Shown piece after piece: positions 1 through 13,771 of a stretch of 64,000 bases of DNA. A model generated the notes under the pieces. That model ran no database searches, was not told the origin of the DNA, and saw only the letters and a program-made list of their open reading frames with translations. Within the stretch, counting starts at the first letter, position 1. Every line of letters starts with the position of its first letter. Both the position numbers and the translations under genes were made by a program. The DNA comes from Tubulanus polymorphus (Eukaryota > Animalia > Nemertea): NCBI RefSeq assembly GCF_964204645.1, contig NC_134025.1:13454001-13518000 (forward strand), in the 5' to 3' direction.

Positions 1-3000
1 CAGCTTTCACAATATTCGAAATATTCCGGGGAAGGATACCCTAGAACCCGGCACTTGGCTTTGAAGCGTTGATCATTTCTCACTTTTTTGCAGATACTAA
101 TGTCCCCTCATTTTTTAAAACTGCCCTTTTCTCCAATGAAATACTCCCCCACATACTCCCTCTGCTCCTGCTATCTCAAATAAACTGTTTGTGTATATCT
201 TATCTAGTTTTTGATAAACTGCTCAAGTTTTAACACTTACTAATATTCTATTCCGTGGTAGGCCTATATAGAATGAAACATAGTGAATTTCAATGAACTA
301 TTGCTTTTATGAAATACGGTGATACAATTTTAGGACTTGTCAGAATTAAACGGGTAAGATTCGCAAAGAGGAGAAAACACCGAGGATAGTAGATAAGCAG
401 TAGTATCAACCCCCCTTCAAAAAGAGCACTGCTGTATTTCTATTCGTGTGAAAGATAGTTTGAGCTTCATGGCCACAGTAGTGGTTAATAATGAAATTAA
501 TGGCATGTAGAACGATGTTTATCAAATAATTTCCTTTTCGAGGTAGAAATTCCCCTGTGGTGATCGAACTGGTGATTCTTTAAGTGTGAGGATGTATCTA
601 GCTCACCGAGGTCTCTATCAATTGGATTATACAGGCGACTAACTAATAAATAAATTGCATCTCGCGAACACGAATCTGCGATCATTGAATAACGTCCGCA
701 ATACAGGAAAATTCAAGTTATTTTCCTTCAGCGGCCAGTTGTAAGACCAGATTAAGACCATTTTGGCTCTTCATGTATATCGATAATTATTAATCATCTG
801 AATGATACGAAAAGCTAATTAGCATCATTACATTGAACTAGTGGTACAATGTATACTGCCCAATGTCATGCTTTAAGGGGATTTCTAAGGTTTATCAGTA
901 CATCAGATGAAATCCGTACTTTCCCAGACAACAGCAACAGAATTGAGAAAATCAAAAACAGATAGCAGTCATCCAAAACTGGATGAGTACAGAATGAAGG
1001 GCGGGTTTTAACTAACCTGTTGGTGAACTTAATTCATATCAAGATATGGATTTAAGTGAGAAGGTTCTCTATAACTGCCCCTGGTCATCTATTTTAGCTT
1101 AACCCTATCTCAAAACAAAACTAACAACATAGTATATCAAAACCTACCGTACAATTTGAAATGTATCCTTGATTCAGTTTTGTAAATGAATCTGAAATTC
1201 AGCCAAACAGTACTGAAGTTTAACCTTCCACCACTTCCCCACTCCCATGACACAAGATGAAAAGTATCCGATGGAGCTTATTAAATGAATGATTTGTGTA
1301 CAGTCATTGTTTGTATTCCTCCTTGAATTGCAGTAAATTATTATGAATCTATCAAACCTTCATTACATATTGCAATGATTCACCCAGAGACAGACACATA
1401 CACAAGGAATGGAATTTCACTGTTTCTGACGCCCACTTGTAAACGTCAATCAATGAATATTGTTTTTGCAGGTAAGATTAACTTACAACCGCCACAGTGG
1501 TATATGCAGATTCATTAGAACAAATTGGGTTCATCAGATTACCAATGCCTCAAGAACGTCAAACAAACTAAACCTGTATTAACTAAAGATTACTAAATTA
1601 GGCAGTTTTTGGGCTGAACTGGACAATCGTCTGCAATATTGAAGATAACATGAGTTCACTGATAATAGACGTGTGGATATTTCATATTCATTTGAGAAGA
1701 TTACCAATCAAATAAAAATCAACTCATAAAAGAACGTTACTACAATTGAAAGAAATAAACCAGGATTTGAATTACAGTTCCGATTCAAAAAAATTATAAA
1801 TCGACTATAGTAGTCTCAGTTATCAGTAGCTCTAATGCTCATCATAAAATCAATAGAAACAAAACCCATTTACCAAGTGAGCGACATCAGAAGTTAATAA
1901 ACAGCCACACTTTATTCGATAATCAAGGCAAGAATACAAGAGAAAAGGCAATTCAAAAGCGATTGCAGTAGGCAAGTACAAGTCAAAAAGAGTTCAGTTC
2001 TTGTTAAACAATTGATACCATACAATTCCAAGTGCAAAATGATGAAACATTAGATTGATAAAATTCACTTAACATCCCTGCTAGCTCCTGCTAGGTAAGA
2101 TGAATAAAATGAAGTAGCAATTCATGTTTATCATGAATTCAATAAAACACGCAATTTAGGCTGATAATTCAACTCGCTGAGTATAACTCGCAAACCAGTT
2201 TCACAATCTTAAGCTTTCTATCCTATAACCAACATAACAAACTATTGGTAACGAGGCTACGCAAACAATGTTCGGACTTGACTCTTTTTAAAGTTCTTAC
2301 AAATTTTTTCTAATTTCGATTTAGAATCATAAACTTGAAATCCAGTTAACAATCTATGGCCGATAACAGCTACTTATAAAGCAAGAATACTACCAAGAAG
2401 CAGTTACCCCTTTATATCTAACATTGTACACATCAAAAATTGTAGACTTCCGAGTTTGATTTTGTACTACAATTGTACTCCATTTTTCTCAATGGGAGAA
2501 AGAGCAAGAAAAAATGGTAGTGACCAATATTGGTCACATAGAATTATAGCAATTGAACTGTGAAAAGTGGCAGAATTCCAACCGAGCAGATGATCGGAAG
2601 GAAGTTTGGCATCACTCAAATAGACCACTAACTGAACATCAAATCTCCATGGTGATTGTGACACACGAACTGAATTGCATCTTCCCCTCCATTATCAACT
2701 AAATTAAATTAAGATTTTTACTCTGCGCAATCGCACTACGTGCTGATAACTGCATGATGCGTTACTATCGCTGTTACACGACATAAGAAGCGCAAACAAA
2801 AATCGTCGGAAACATCTGAACGTGACTAGAACACTTGAATAAAGAATACATCACTTCCTACTTAATCCTTTCTTGGAGGATGATATCAGACCCGGTTTTA
2901 TCTGTCATGACGAAAGACTTGTTTAAATGTCTAATATGATGCCCAATTTCCAGTAGTAGCACCTGATTTCTCAAGGGTCAATCAAGGCAAGCACCCCATA

Positions 3001-4187
3001 AAATACCTAGATATTGGAAAGGTGTCCGAGTGCTTGTCAGAAGCAATCGGAGGACAGATATCTCATTCCAGTACATCTATAAAAATCTTTGCTTCAAGAA
3101 CTGTACCAGAGATAATAATTTTTTATTCTCGCGGCATAAGATGCATTGACTCTTCACTCTATTGCTTGCTGGTTATAATAATAGTACATTCTTATTTGGT
3201 CTGTACCTGGAACGTACCACTATACATATGGAACGGACCAAATCAATGCTGTGCACCCCACCCACACATGTTTTTTAATTGGCTGCTATCACTGGTCCAG
3301 CTAGACTCAATACTGTGATTGACAGAAAATTACAGCAAGGTTTCTAATCACACAGAGAAATGGCCCATACCAAAATATAGAACATACCTGGATTGGTCTT
3401 TTTGGTCGGTCAAAATTTGTTCGCTCTATGGAACCTACCAATTTAGAACAGACTTTTCACTAGTTTGAATTCTTGCTCCATTCTAAATTGGAATGGTCTA
3501 AATTCAGAACCTTCTTAATAACTATAGATCGGTATAAGAGTACACTAGTTTTCAACTTAAAAGTTGTCACTTATAGTTCTGCAGATAATAGAACAGTTGT
3601 GGCAATAAGCATTAATCAAACAACGCAACAAGATTTTATCAAACAAATCGGTTTGAATTTATTAGTAATTCTGAGGAACAATGTAGCAACATTCGAATTA
3701 TTTCTTTATGGTAATTCTACCATTCAGTCTCATTCCAATGGTGGACATTAACTTTTACTCAGAACCACCGCAAATACCAATGCACTGCATCGCATCCATT
3801 ACCGTTTATCGTTCGTCTGTTGAGTAGACTGGGAAATGAAACAAACCAATTAAATCATTGCTAATATTGGCTCTACATGAATACTTCATGCAAAAACTTG
3901 CAACTGCGTTAAACTCAGTTATGGTTAAATTAACTAATAAACCATTAGCTACCAATCCCTGAAAGCATCCCTAAAATCATTTTTCAAATAGACTTTTTCT
4001 ACATGAAAGTCTATTGTCATGAATCAGTTTATGGCTGTGTATTCTGAACATACAAATCTTCCATCAGTCATTCACCAATAAACTGATACATCGGCAATGA
4101 AAACAATTCTTGCTTGAAAATCACTTATGAAAAGTATTCTAGTTATTTACTTACGAAATGTTTGAGCAGACCTCCAAATCAGAAATA

Positions 4188-4906
4188 AGGCGCATTCACA
4201 CGACAAAATTTAGACTGGTCTAAATTTGGTCCGGTCCAATTTAGACTGGACCAAGCGTTCACATGGGCGAAAATACCGTTCCAAATTAGACCGGTCTAAT
4301 TTGGCACGGTCTAAATGAGCAAACCAGGTCCGGTCCAAATTTTGGACCGGTCTAAATATGAGTGTGGACAGAAACTGGTACCAGGTCCGGTCTAAATCAT
4401 AATTCTGAATCTCTGCGGTAGATGTCCTGACTTCCGCGGTAGAGTGTGAGTCCAGTTTATTAAGTTTTAAATGCTTTTATTACCGTTTATGTTATTGATC
4501 TCAAGTACTGTTTTTTCCTCCCTATACTGGAGTGTAACAAATATTCGTATGTCACAATCATCATCCGTTTTACTTCCGTGTTTTGAATTGTGTTTAAACG
4601 ACACTTTGAGTTTCATAGAATAAAATCGTGAGCGTGATAGAATAAAATCGAATTTGCAAAAATATCGAAACCTGACAGAGGATTGAATTGGTCAAATGAA
4701 GAATGTCTTGCTCTAGGCCTACTTGGAATCTGGAAGTAAGACTTCATCCAGGCCCAGTGAATTATTTAGCAGATGGCGACGTCTTGTGGCCCGGTGACAA
4801 GCGATTTTTCAAAACACCGTGTGAACGCTCACCAGGCTAAAGTTTGGACCGGACCAGGTACGGACCCATTTAGACCGGTCTAATTAGTTGTCGTGTGAAT
4901 GCAGCT
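4188..4906 (+). mobile_element. Non-autonomous PIF/Harbinger DNA transposon (family A, copy 1)
   Basis: 19-bp TIRs AGGCGCATTCACACGACAA / TTGTCGTGTGAATGCAGCT; flanks ATA/TTA; many subterminal TTAGACCGGTCTAA palindromes; internal Myb/SANT remnant; second copy at 60998-61617. Confidence 0.85.
4662..4757 (+). pseudogene. Decayed N-terminus of Harbinger Myb/SANT (trihelix-type) DNA-binding ORF
   Basis: Translates ISKPDRGLNWSNEECLALGLLGIWK*DFIQAQ, matching the NWSxEExxALLxIW helix-1 pattern; likely start ATG>ATA; in-frame TAA. Confidence 0.75.
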
Positions 4907-5694
4907 TTAAGGAATATTTGCTGTTGGTAAAGACGTTTTTCCAGTTTCCACATTTGCCAATATCAATGGAGTAAATGCAATAAAAGATGTCCCCAAAGAT
5001 GAACAACTCAGCACAATGAAAGATAAACTAGTATAGAAATAGTATTATCAATTTCTTCAGTAGAAAGGCTTGTCACATCACAATGAAACAAAAGTAGAAA
5101 TTCTTGGGGAAGGTATTGAAAAAGTTTCTGGTAACAAGAACACAGATAACTTTTCCAGTCTCAGTTGGTTCAATGAAAATCTTCCACTCTTCAAAAGTAT
5201 GATTCCCTGAAGGACAAAATAATGGGATAAAATGTAATCTTTCATCATTTGGTGAATATTTTCTTCTATCATCGTGTGTAGCCATTGTTCTATATAGTCA
5301 AGAATGAAACAAATGTATGTCTGCTCAATCTTGTTACATCTGAAGTCCCCTGCGGATTTCTATGCAGAAAAGACACACACACGCTTTCACTAGCCTGTAG
5401 GAATACTAAACAATTACTGAGAAAGAAATCCACCTCAAACTATGCGAGAAGTAACCGTTTTATCTGCATCAAATTCTTTCAGCGAGTTACTAAGAAGCAG
5501 AGATTTTTGAATGAAAAAAGAATTTGATTACAATCGCAACATTCTGGTGTATGGAATAATAAAATGCCTAACGAAAATAAAATCCAAGAAAAATTCACTC
5601 AATTATCTCAACTAACTCTGTTAGTCAGAATTGAAAATGAAATTCTTGTATTCTTTCAAAACACAAAATAACTCAATTAAAAAAAAAATCCATC

Positions 5695-5720
5695 CATTCA
5701 TTCATTCATTCATTCATTCA
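5695..5720. repeat. (CATT)n microsatellite
   Basis: About 6 tandem CATT units. Confidence 0.9.
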
Positions 5721-7879
5721 GAATCAGAGATCAGTTAATTTTGCCTAAGTGATGAATCATTCTAACATCTCAGGTTGTCTCGGCGGATTCCCCAATAGGA
5801 TTTAATCTTGCGATAGGTTAAGTCCTTCCCATCCGCCCATACTTCAATGCATTTAAATTAATGCAATTCACCATGGCTGGAATTAAGATTATATATTTTT
5901 CCGGCGTACCGATGCCACACGAGAATTGATATCAGCCAGATGACAGTGTTGCAGCAAATAATACAATTAGACGCGAGAAAAGAGAAACAGGAGAAATGCG
6001 ACGGCATCAATCAAAGATGCATCAAACTCAAATTAATTGAGCATTTAGAGGAAATTCGGCAGACATGAAGTTTTTCGCGTTGAGCTGACTAATGATGTTG
6101 AAAATCGCGAGGGTGAGAAAGTCAGCGATGCTCAACGAAAGAGCTCAACTTACACATGATAACGTTTTATTGATAAATCATTAATGAGAATACGTATTAT
6201 ACCATTGAGAGAGGATTTCCAAAAGTGTTTTCATGAAATTGTGACTCGTTGACAAGTTAATTCATTCAGCAGTACTGCAAGTAGTAATCAAACAGCAAGC
6301 TTGTGAAATTAGGAATTCTATCCTTCAATTTGGTCAAAAAGAAATAAATTCAAGTCCAGTACAGACGGGCAACTGTCAATCACTGGTTGCAGTAACCAGC
6401 AATTGATTTATAGACCAGGACAAACTTGTGATTGTGTGTGCGCATCTATGCAACTAACAAGCGATTTCTCCATTGATCATGAAGGGCATTGAAATGAAGA
6501 TGCATCTACTCTAGAATTTTACAAATCGATAAATTTCTTTAAATGAGAAAATTATGAACAGAAAATCCAAATAAAATTTCAAAACATGATTTTTTTCTCT
6601 CAAGGAAGACCAACATATCATATGGCACTTACTTGGTGGTTTATTCACTTAAGGTAAGAAGGGTAGTTATGCACTAATGAGGTCAGCTTCAAGGTCGTTT
6701 CGATAAAAAAAGCATCTTCACGCATAACACATAACATTGCCCTAATCTTAACACCTAACTCAAACCTAACCCTAAACACTAGGGCAGCCCAGCCTGGTTA
6801 CTGTAGTGTCTGACATATGCTTGAACCATGCTCAAAGAACATGTGATTAATCAACACATGCCTATTGGGCATGAAAATTATTGTTTCAATGGTAGTTGCT
6901 GCAAGTAGGGTGATTTTAATTACAAAATGCAATTTCAAAACACGAGTTGTGTAACTCTTCGATTGTAACGAGAACAGAGATCAGTTGCATGAAACTGCAG
7001 ATGAATGATCTTCAAGCTATTTAAGTTGCACTAAAATCACACAAGAAATCGCCCATCTGCACCAGGCTGTAAGCCCAATGCACTTGTTTTCTTTTATCAA
7101 ACCGGGGTAGAAGTTTTTCAGAAAACGTTTGTGGATGTCATGTGATGCAGTTATGCTCACTGATTGGATATTCAAACATGAATGTTCTGCTAACATAAAG
7201 CAATCAAAGCACACAGAAAAGACGGTTCCAACAACACAAAATGCCTAGAAAATGTCGGTCAAATCAAGCAGTGATTGTTTCGCAAAAAAAAACATTTTTC
7301 TGTGTCGGCTTTCTGTTTTGATTTCCAAGCACACAGCAAAACAAAACAAGTTGAAAACATTTTTTCACAAGAAGAAAATGTCTTTTCCTTTCCATGTGCA
7401 TTGGGGTTAAGGTATGGAAGTTCACATACAACCCAGAAAATTGAATTTGAAAAGAAAAAATACTTGGATTCAGACGCAATTCAATTCTATTTTCCCATAC
7501 TGCATTCACATATTGCTACGCATGCTATTCTGGCTGCATTAGTGATCAGCCCCTGTTCCCTGAGAACTATTGACATCTTTAACGTGTTTCTTTATGACAC
7601 ACATATTTGCTTTGCATGTATCAATTATTCATATGTTCAGCAGGTGTGTGATTGAAGTAAGGGGAAATTGATGACAATTCAATAACCAGAATCATATTAA
7701 CTGGGTTTACCAACAATTCATAATATTTTGGGACTGTTCGGAAAATCGAGATTCCGAAGTATATTTTGGATAGACACCAATTTGTAGGATCATCAATACT
7801 AGTCTGTCCATATGGTATCCTGTTTACTTCAGAGCTGAACTTATCACAAGGTTAACAAATCTTTCATAGATATAACATG

Positions 7880-7985
7880 TAGTTTTGTAACACATATAGG
7901 ACAAGCTGTATAACCACTGGCCAAGTGGACTAGTTCTATTCGTCTACTGGTCAGCATGCTTACTTTCTACGTACGAGACCCAGTG
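7880..7985 (+). repeat. Truncated copy of tRNA-derived repeat (see 59600-59770)
   Basis: AACCACTGGCCAAGTGGACTAGTTCTATTCGTCTACTGGTCAGCATGCTTACTTTCTACGTACGAGACC aligns to the reverse complement of about 59670-59770; B-box deleted. Confidence 0.7.
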
Positions 7986-7998
7986 AGTATACATTATT

Positions 7999-8405
7999 CA
8001 GTGTTGCCAGCACCTAGTTATAATATTTCCGGAAATCAAATGAAAAACGGCTTTCGCGGCCCGTAACGTGGCGCTACCTACATTGTTTTGTTCATCCTCC
8101 CCCGGCAGGGATTTGAACCTGATGTCATTATCAGCCAATCAGATATCCGTTTTCAGATATCCCAGGCCATCAGGTTTGAATCCCTTTTGGGGAAGATATG
8201 TTTTGTCATGCTAATGAACAGGTGATGACGTCATAGCAACATCTCTGAGTGTAGCGGAGAGCATTACGGGAGCTGTATGCTGACAAAACTAAAAAAAACT
8301 TTAGTAAAAATAGATTTTTAGACGAAGTAGAATGGCAGAATAATTCCGGGAATTTTTTGTTGAAGGTTTCGATTTCTGGAAATTTTCAGAAGTCTTGCAA
8401 CACTG
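7999..8405. mobile_element. Non-autonomous TIR element with CAG..CTG ends and 6-bp TSD (hAT-like)
   Basis: TIR CAGTGTTGC / GCAACACTG; ATTATT directly repeated at 7993-7998 and 8406-8411. Confidence 0.8.
8093..8198. mobile_element. 106-bp mini TIR element (CATC..GATG, B-box family) nested in 7999-8405
   Basis: Arms CATCCTCCCCCGGCAGGGATTTGAACCTGATG / CATCAGGTTTGAATCCCTTTTGGGGAAGATA; 9-bp flanks TGTTTTGTT / TGTTTTGTC; termini resemble those of 24507-24799. Confidence 0.7.
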
Positions 8406-8634
8406 ATTATTTCACTGTCACTTTCTTAATCGTTATAGTTTGATGACCTTTTAAACTCTTTTAACTTTACTGTGCTTAGTTTGATCTGTATTGTCTTTCT
8501 ATGAAATGTAAAAACCTGATAATGTATATCAAAAAAGAACACTATGAAGTAGGAAGGGCAAATTTCATGAATCTCCCTTAATAATGATAAAGCTGAGCCT
8601 AGTTCTGCAATAAAATCAGACAGTTATAAATATT

Positions 8635-10123
8635 AACTAGGGGCCCAGGAACACCATGCCCACTTGGGGAAATGTTGGATAATCTCACAATTTCAATATT
8701 CAACCACATCCCTTGGTGAATAAATCCAGTCATCAACTAGAATGTGGCTACACCATGTCTCCCCGGGTCAAGCAAACAGAAAAGGGGCAAGAAATTTAAG
8801 ACAGGTACCAAACATATTGCATAAACAGCAAAATTTACTTAATTGTTCATTGAGTTTGTAAGAATTATTGGTTAAAGTCGAACACAGATAAACCTGTCTG
8901 TACTTTTACATCAAGATGGTGGCCACATTAGATTGCCCATAGCCTCCATTTTCTATAGTGGGAAATCTCACCAGCCCCAATCCTCACTTCAAGTTTCATG
9001 TAAATTGTTCAAAAATCATAGGCGATATTGCTCTAACAAGAAATCCTCACTTCAAGTTTCATGTAAATCGATCAAAAATTATAGGCGGTATTGCTCTAAC
9101 AAGAAAGTCAAGATGGCTGCCCTGGTGCCACTATTTGATGGCCGATGACCTCTATTTTGAATGACAGTGGAAATCTCACCTGTCCTAATCTTCACACTGA
9201 GTTTCAAAGATGTCCATAGAGAATTTTAGGCTGTATATTGCTAACAAAAAATTAATGATGGTCAATATGGCGCTGGTGGCCAGATTTGATGGCAGATGAT
9301 TGTGGTTACAATATATGCATAGGTACCCATATGATATGGGAATACAAAGTTATTCTACTATTCAACGCCCCCTGATGGTGACCATATAAAAAATCCCAAT
9401 GACCTTGAAACTCACCGGAATGATAGAAGTTCTCACAAACTACAATTTTGCAATTGAATAACAAAATATATAATATGCAAATACTAAGTTATTGTACTAT
9501 TTAACGCCCCCTGGTGACCATATACAAAAACCAATGTCCTTGAAACTATACACAATCATGTCATGAGCTACAACTTTGCAATTGATTATGGTTACAAAAT
9601 ATGCAAAGGTACCAAAAGAAGTAGACAAATTAAATATTATAGAATATCTAACTCCCCCTGGTGGCAACAGAGAATTGGGTTATCTCAATTCTGTGTGAGG
9701 AGATGTATCCTATGACATTGCTCATCCATAATGAAATATCAAGACTATACGTTGAAAACCTGTTGCTATTCTCCTTGAAAGACTTTTTCCACCTACGAAT
9801 GAGTACTGATGAAACTAAGATGGCTGGCAATTACGATCGAAAATTCCTGTCTGATATAACAATGATTTCTTTCCATAGAATACCAATCACAAATTTCAAT
9901 GAAAAAATGAGTTCAGTTGGCCATCTTGATTCTGACCAGGCCAGTTTTTGGGCTGAAGATATATTTAGGGTAGATACACGCATAAACCTAATATCAAGAC
10001 AATCCATTGAAGCATCCTCAAAACTTCCCAAAATAACTGGATTCCATCTACGGACGGACGGATGGACTATGGATGAAAAGTGAACGCCAGAGCCTGCTGG
10101 GATCAATGTCCCAAGTGGGATAA
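8635..10123 (-). mobile_element. Helentron-associated (HINE/DINE-1-like) element with degenerate internal repeats
   Basis: AACTAG left end; subterminal inverted repeats CCCACTTGGG / CCCAAGTGGG; GGAC/GGAT microsatellite near the right end; internal duplications (AATCCTCACTTCAAGTTTCATGTAAAT x2, AACGCCCCCTG x2); related fragments near 10270-10470, 12640-12820 and 39560-40030. Confidence 0.7.
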
Positions 10124-11215
10124 CAAACCAACATTTTTAATGAAATTAAAAAGCATAAAAGCCAATATGATTGCATTTAAATTTCACCACGTTTGGTGAA
10201 ATACGTATTGAATTTCAAAACTTATTTTGCATCAGCAAAAGTCCATAAAAACTTTACTTAATTCAATATTTGACTCCCCCTGTTGAGAACAAAAAACTGG
10301 GTAACCCCAATTTATATAAGGAGATATATCCTATGACAATGCTAAAACAATTATCAAATATCAAGACTATCAGTTAAAAACCTGTTGATTTTTTCTTCAT
10401 CTTTCTGTTAAGATCCCTTCCTAAAGTGTACAATTGATGCAAGCGTCTTAAAAATTTCCCTTGACAACTTCAACAAGAAACCCATGGGCCTTGACACTGT
10501 GCTGCACTATGAATATAATTATTGCAGGGGCACCTGACACCGTTTTAGTTACCCTCAGCTTTTTAAGTACATATAAACGAATGTCAGGCACAAGTTTTGA
10601 CCAATGTTGCCTTGTTGTTCAGTGATCACTGACTAGACTGTTTTTTGAATAGCCTAGAAATGACTAAGGGTCAGCAATTTAAATCATATGACTCTGCTGT
10701 TAAGTTGCAGAATTTCATTCATTAATATGAGACAACTACTACTTCATAGGTTAACTAGTTTATTTGAGGCACGTGTGTACGCTACTAATAGCTTCATCGG
10801 GTGAATTTTCATATGATTTCTTTGCAATATTTGTTTCTGAAATATCCAAAAATTTGAAAAGAATTGTCAAAATCATCGGCAAACATTGCTGCCATATAGG
10901 TAATGATACTTTTAACGCAATTATTTATTTTGATGAAACACTTCCCTATTAGGCACACCATTTAGTCAAATAACAACTGCTTATATGCAAAGAATTGTTA
11001 TAATGAACCGAAACTGGCAACAGTAATGACGTTCTGTGCACGTGCAGTTATTTAGGACTAGTAATAAAGACTGCACCTTACAGGCTGAAGAAAAGACGTT
11101 TGTAATGTTTGAGAATTTGCGATTTTTGCGAGTGATAAATCTTGATTACTAAGTGGAACCATAATGATTTCTTTTTCCTATGAGCAATTGAACATCTGTG
11201 ATTTATGCATGTACT

Positions 11216-12291
11216 TAATGCAGCTATCAATGTGAACCCTGACCCCCCCTAGTTCAGACATTCGACTCCAATTCGACACATACCATAAATCTTTCCGCTC
11301 AGGTTTCGACAGATTATCACTATTACCATAGATGACATAAGTCAGGTTTTCGTCACTTTTATAGAATAACCTCGTCAGGGCTTCGACAGCTTTCCACTAG
11401 ACAGATTTCCTTAAGAAATACAATACGCCAGGTATTCGACACAATGTAGCATGTTTATTAATTTCATTTCTTTTATTAAAACTATAAAATCTTAACAAAA
11501 CTTAACTCATTTTATAAGAGGAAAGAGCGCGAATATAGGCTTGAATTGAATTGCATTTATAATCTCCACGTACCGGACCTGATGGCTGGTGGCTGGAACC
11601 GGACCGTTTTGCGGCCCGCGAAGATCTCACCGTTGTTCCGATATTAAAAAATCAACAATGCACCTTTAAAAACAATAATAATTAGACTTTATTAAGAATA
11701 TTTTCTCGTTTCCATTGGGACGAAAACCTTCCTGAATCATGGAAAATAGTTGCCGACGGTGAGACCACCATGAACATGGCCGATTCTTCAATCGGGGATT
11801 TTCACATTCGTTTAAATTTTATCGTAATAACAAGCTCCAAAGAGTTGAAATAGAACTTATGCTGTTTATTTTAATGAAGATTGAAGTGATAAATAATGCT
11901 AAGCTAACAATTAAATGTGACAACTTCTGTGAGAATTTCCCACGATATAGAGGCTCTGGCGACCTGACGTTTTAGTGAAGCGACATATCCGATCGGGAGC
12001 GTAACAACGGAAGGTAAACTGACTATATGTCCCGTATGTTCAAACCGCATATCAAACCGCTTTTCGTCAGACTTTCGAAGTAGGTTTAGATTGGAATCCG
12101 CCAGACATTCGATGCTCAATGAATACATAATCGTCACGCATTCGATAGAGATACGACACCCATTTCTTTTGGGTTCGCCAGAGATTCGTTAATTACTAAA
12201 AAAGTCTTCGTTCAGGATCCACCAATTTTCACGTCGAAATCCTGGCGATGGATGAACTAGGGGGGTCAGGGTTCACATTGATAGCTGCATA
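11216..12291. mobile_element. Non-autonomous TIR transposon, IS3EU-like termini
   Basis: About 38-bp near-perfect TIR ATGCAGCTATCAATGTGAACCCTGACCCCCC(C)TAGTTCA and its inverse; TA(A)TG..CATA ends; flanks ATGTACT / ATGACT (degenerate 6-bp TSD); subterminal TTCGAC repeats. Confidence 0.8.
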
Positions 12292-13198
12292 ATGACTAAA
12301 AACTGGTTTATTAGATTGAAATGTCAGTCAAATGATTTGCACATTTTCCAATGTAGTATAGTAATAGCTGCTGCTACAAAGCAGCAGCTCTCCAACTGAG
12401 AAAGTTTCACACAGATAATGGCCTTAAGAAAATTTGGGCTCGACTTCAAAGCAATCCATTCAATGGTGACACTTTTTTGTTCAAAATATGCACATGCTTT
12501 GAAAATATGCATATGCAAAATTAGTTGATTTGTATACAAATTGTACAAAAAAGAAGCAAGGACCTGACATTTGCATTTTACAAAAATTTCCACTTTCATG
12601 AAAATCGAACCTCCCCCAAAGACATGGCTGGCAACAGGCCTGCCACCAGTCAGCCATCTGGAATATGATTTGGCCAGTTTTTACAAAAACGTATGTCTAG
12701 GGTAGATACATGTTAAACTAAAGACGATTCCCTGAATTGTCTTCCAAAATAACTGCAATCCGTCAGTGGACAGACAAACAAATGGATGGATAAAAGTGAA
12801 TAGTGCCAAGTGGGCTAAAATTATCTAATTAATAGAAGTAGGACCGGAATACTTACTTCATAAGCTGAATTTCAATTACTTCATTATAATAAATGGAGCA
12901 TGAGACTATATCATAAATTTAAACAGATAATAATGGATGTGATAAAATCTGTGGCGATTGTTTCTGATATCTAAAACATCTGTGGCACACAGACAAAGTG
13001 GCATAGAAAATAAAATGGATTTTCTTCGGAGGTTTGAATTGTACTGTATTTCATTGTTTCATACACCAATTATTATATATGAAAAACCCATCTGTTGTGA
13101 CCAGTCACTAACTAGTGAGCCGAGGCTAATGTACTCAGCCATTCACAAATTACAGTCAATCCGCTTTCATATGGAATTTATCAATAGCCGTAAATGTA

Positions 13199-13771
13199 GT
13201 AAACGTACAAAAATGGCCAGGAAAATATGGCCAAGGAAAAAAAGGCCAGGGAAAATTTATCAAAATTATTAACTACCATTCCATATGCTATATGCAAACT
13301 ACAAAATCAAATGCATTAAACTCTTGACATGTCACTTTTTTGGATTATTAAATGAATTCCTGAATTAGTATACCCTTAGTTTACTGAATTAGGTTTACAA
13401 GCAAATTGATCTGCTATATAAATTATCACACAATCTAAATACATTAATTGTATTATCCTTTGGTGATATAAGACAATAGTTTATATCCTAATTGCTTACT
13501 TTGATGTTGCTTACTTTGATATCAGTATATGTATTTTAATTGTTTAAACTAGACAACATGCCTCGTGAAAAACAAGTCATGCCATTATATGTATTTCAAC
13601 TGTTTAAACTATATACTATGCAAAATGCCTCATGAAAAATAATGTCATGGAATTGAAAGCTAAATGTTGTTATTAACATCGCCAGAAGTTAAGTTTAATC
13701 TCAAATTCTATCAAATTTTCCCCGGCCTTTTTCTTACTTGGCCATATTCCTTGGCCATTTTCCTACAATCC
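13199..13771. mobile_element. Mutator-like MITE with tandemly repeated TIRs
   Basis: Left AAAATGGCCAGG-type repeats x3, inverted at right (GGCCATTTTCC-type); 9-bp flanks GTAAATGTA / ATAAATGTA. Confidence 0.75.

Noticed and set aside
3388-3436. Possible minus-strand exon SIERTNFDRPKRPIQ with donor CAG|GTATG
   Set aside because: No polypyrimidine acceptor or in-frame start upstream
6740-6782. Telomeric CCCTAA tract
   Set aside because: Only one or two exact units in a degenerate run; similar short traces at 32954 look like repeat relics
9661-10083. 140-aa ORF as a gene
   Set aside because: Lies wholly inside a HINE; related fragments near 10270 and 39600 are visibly diverged and absent from the ORF track; GTG start
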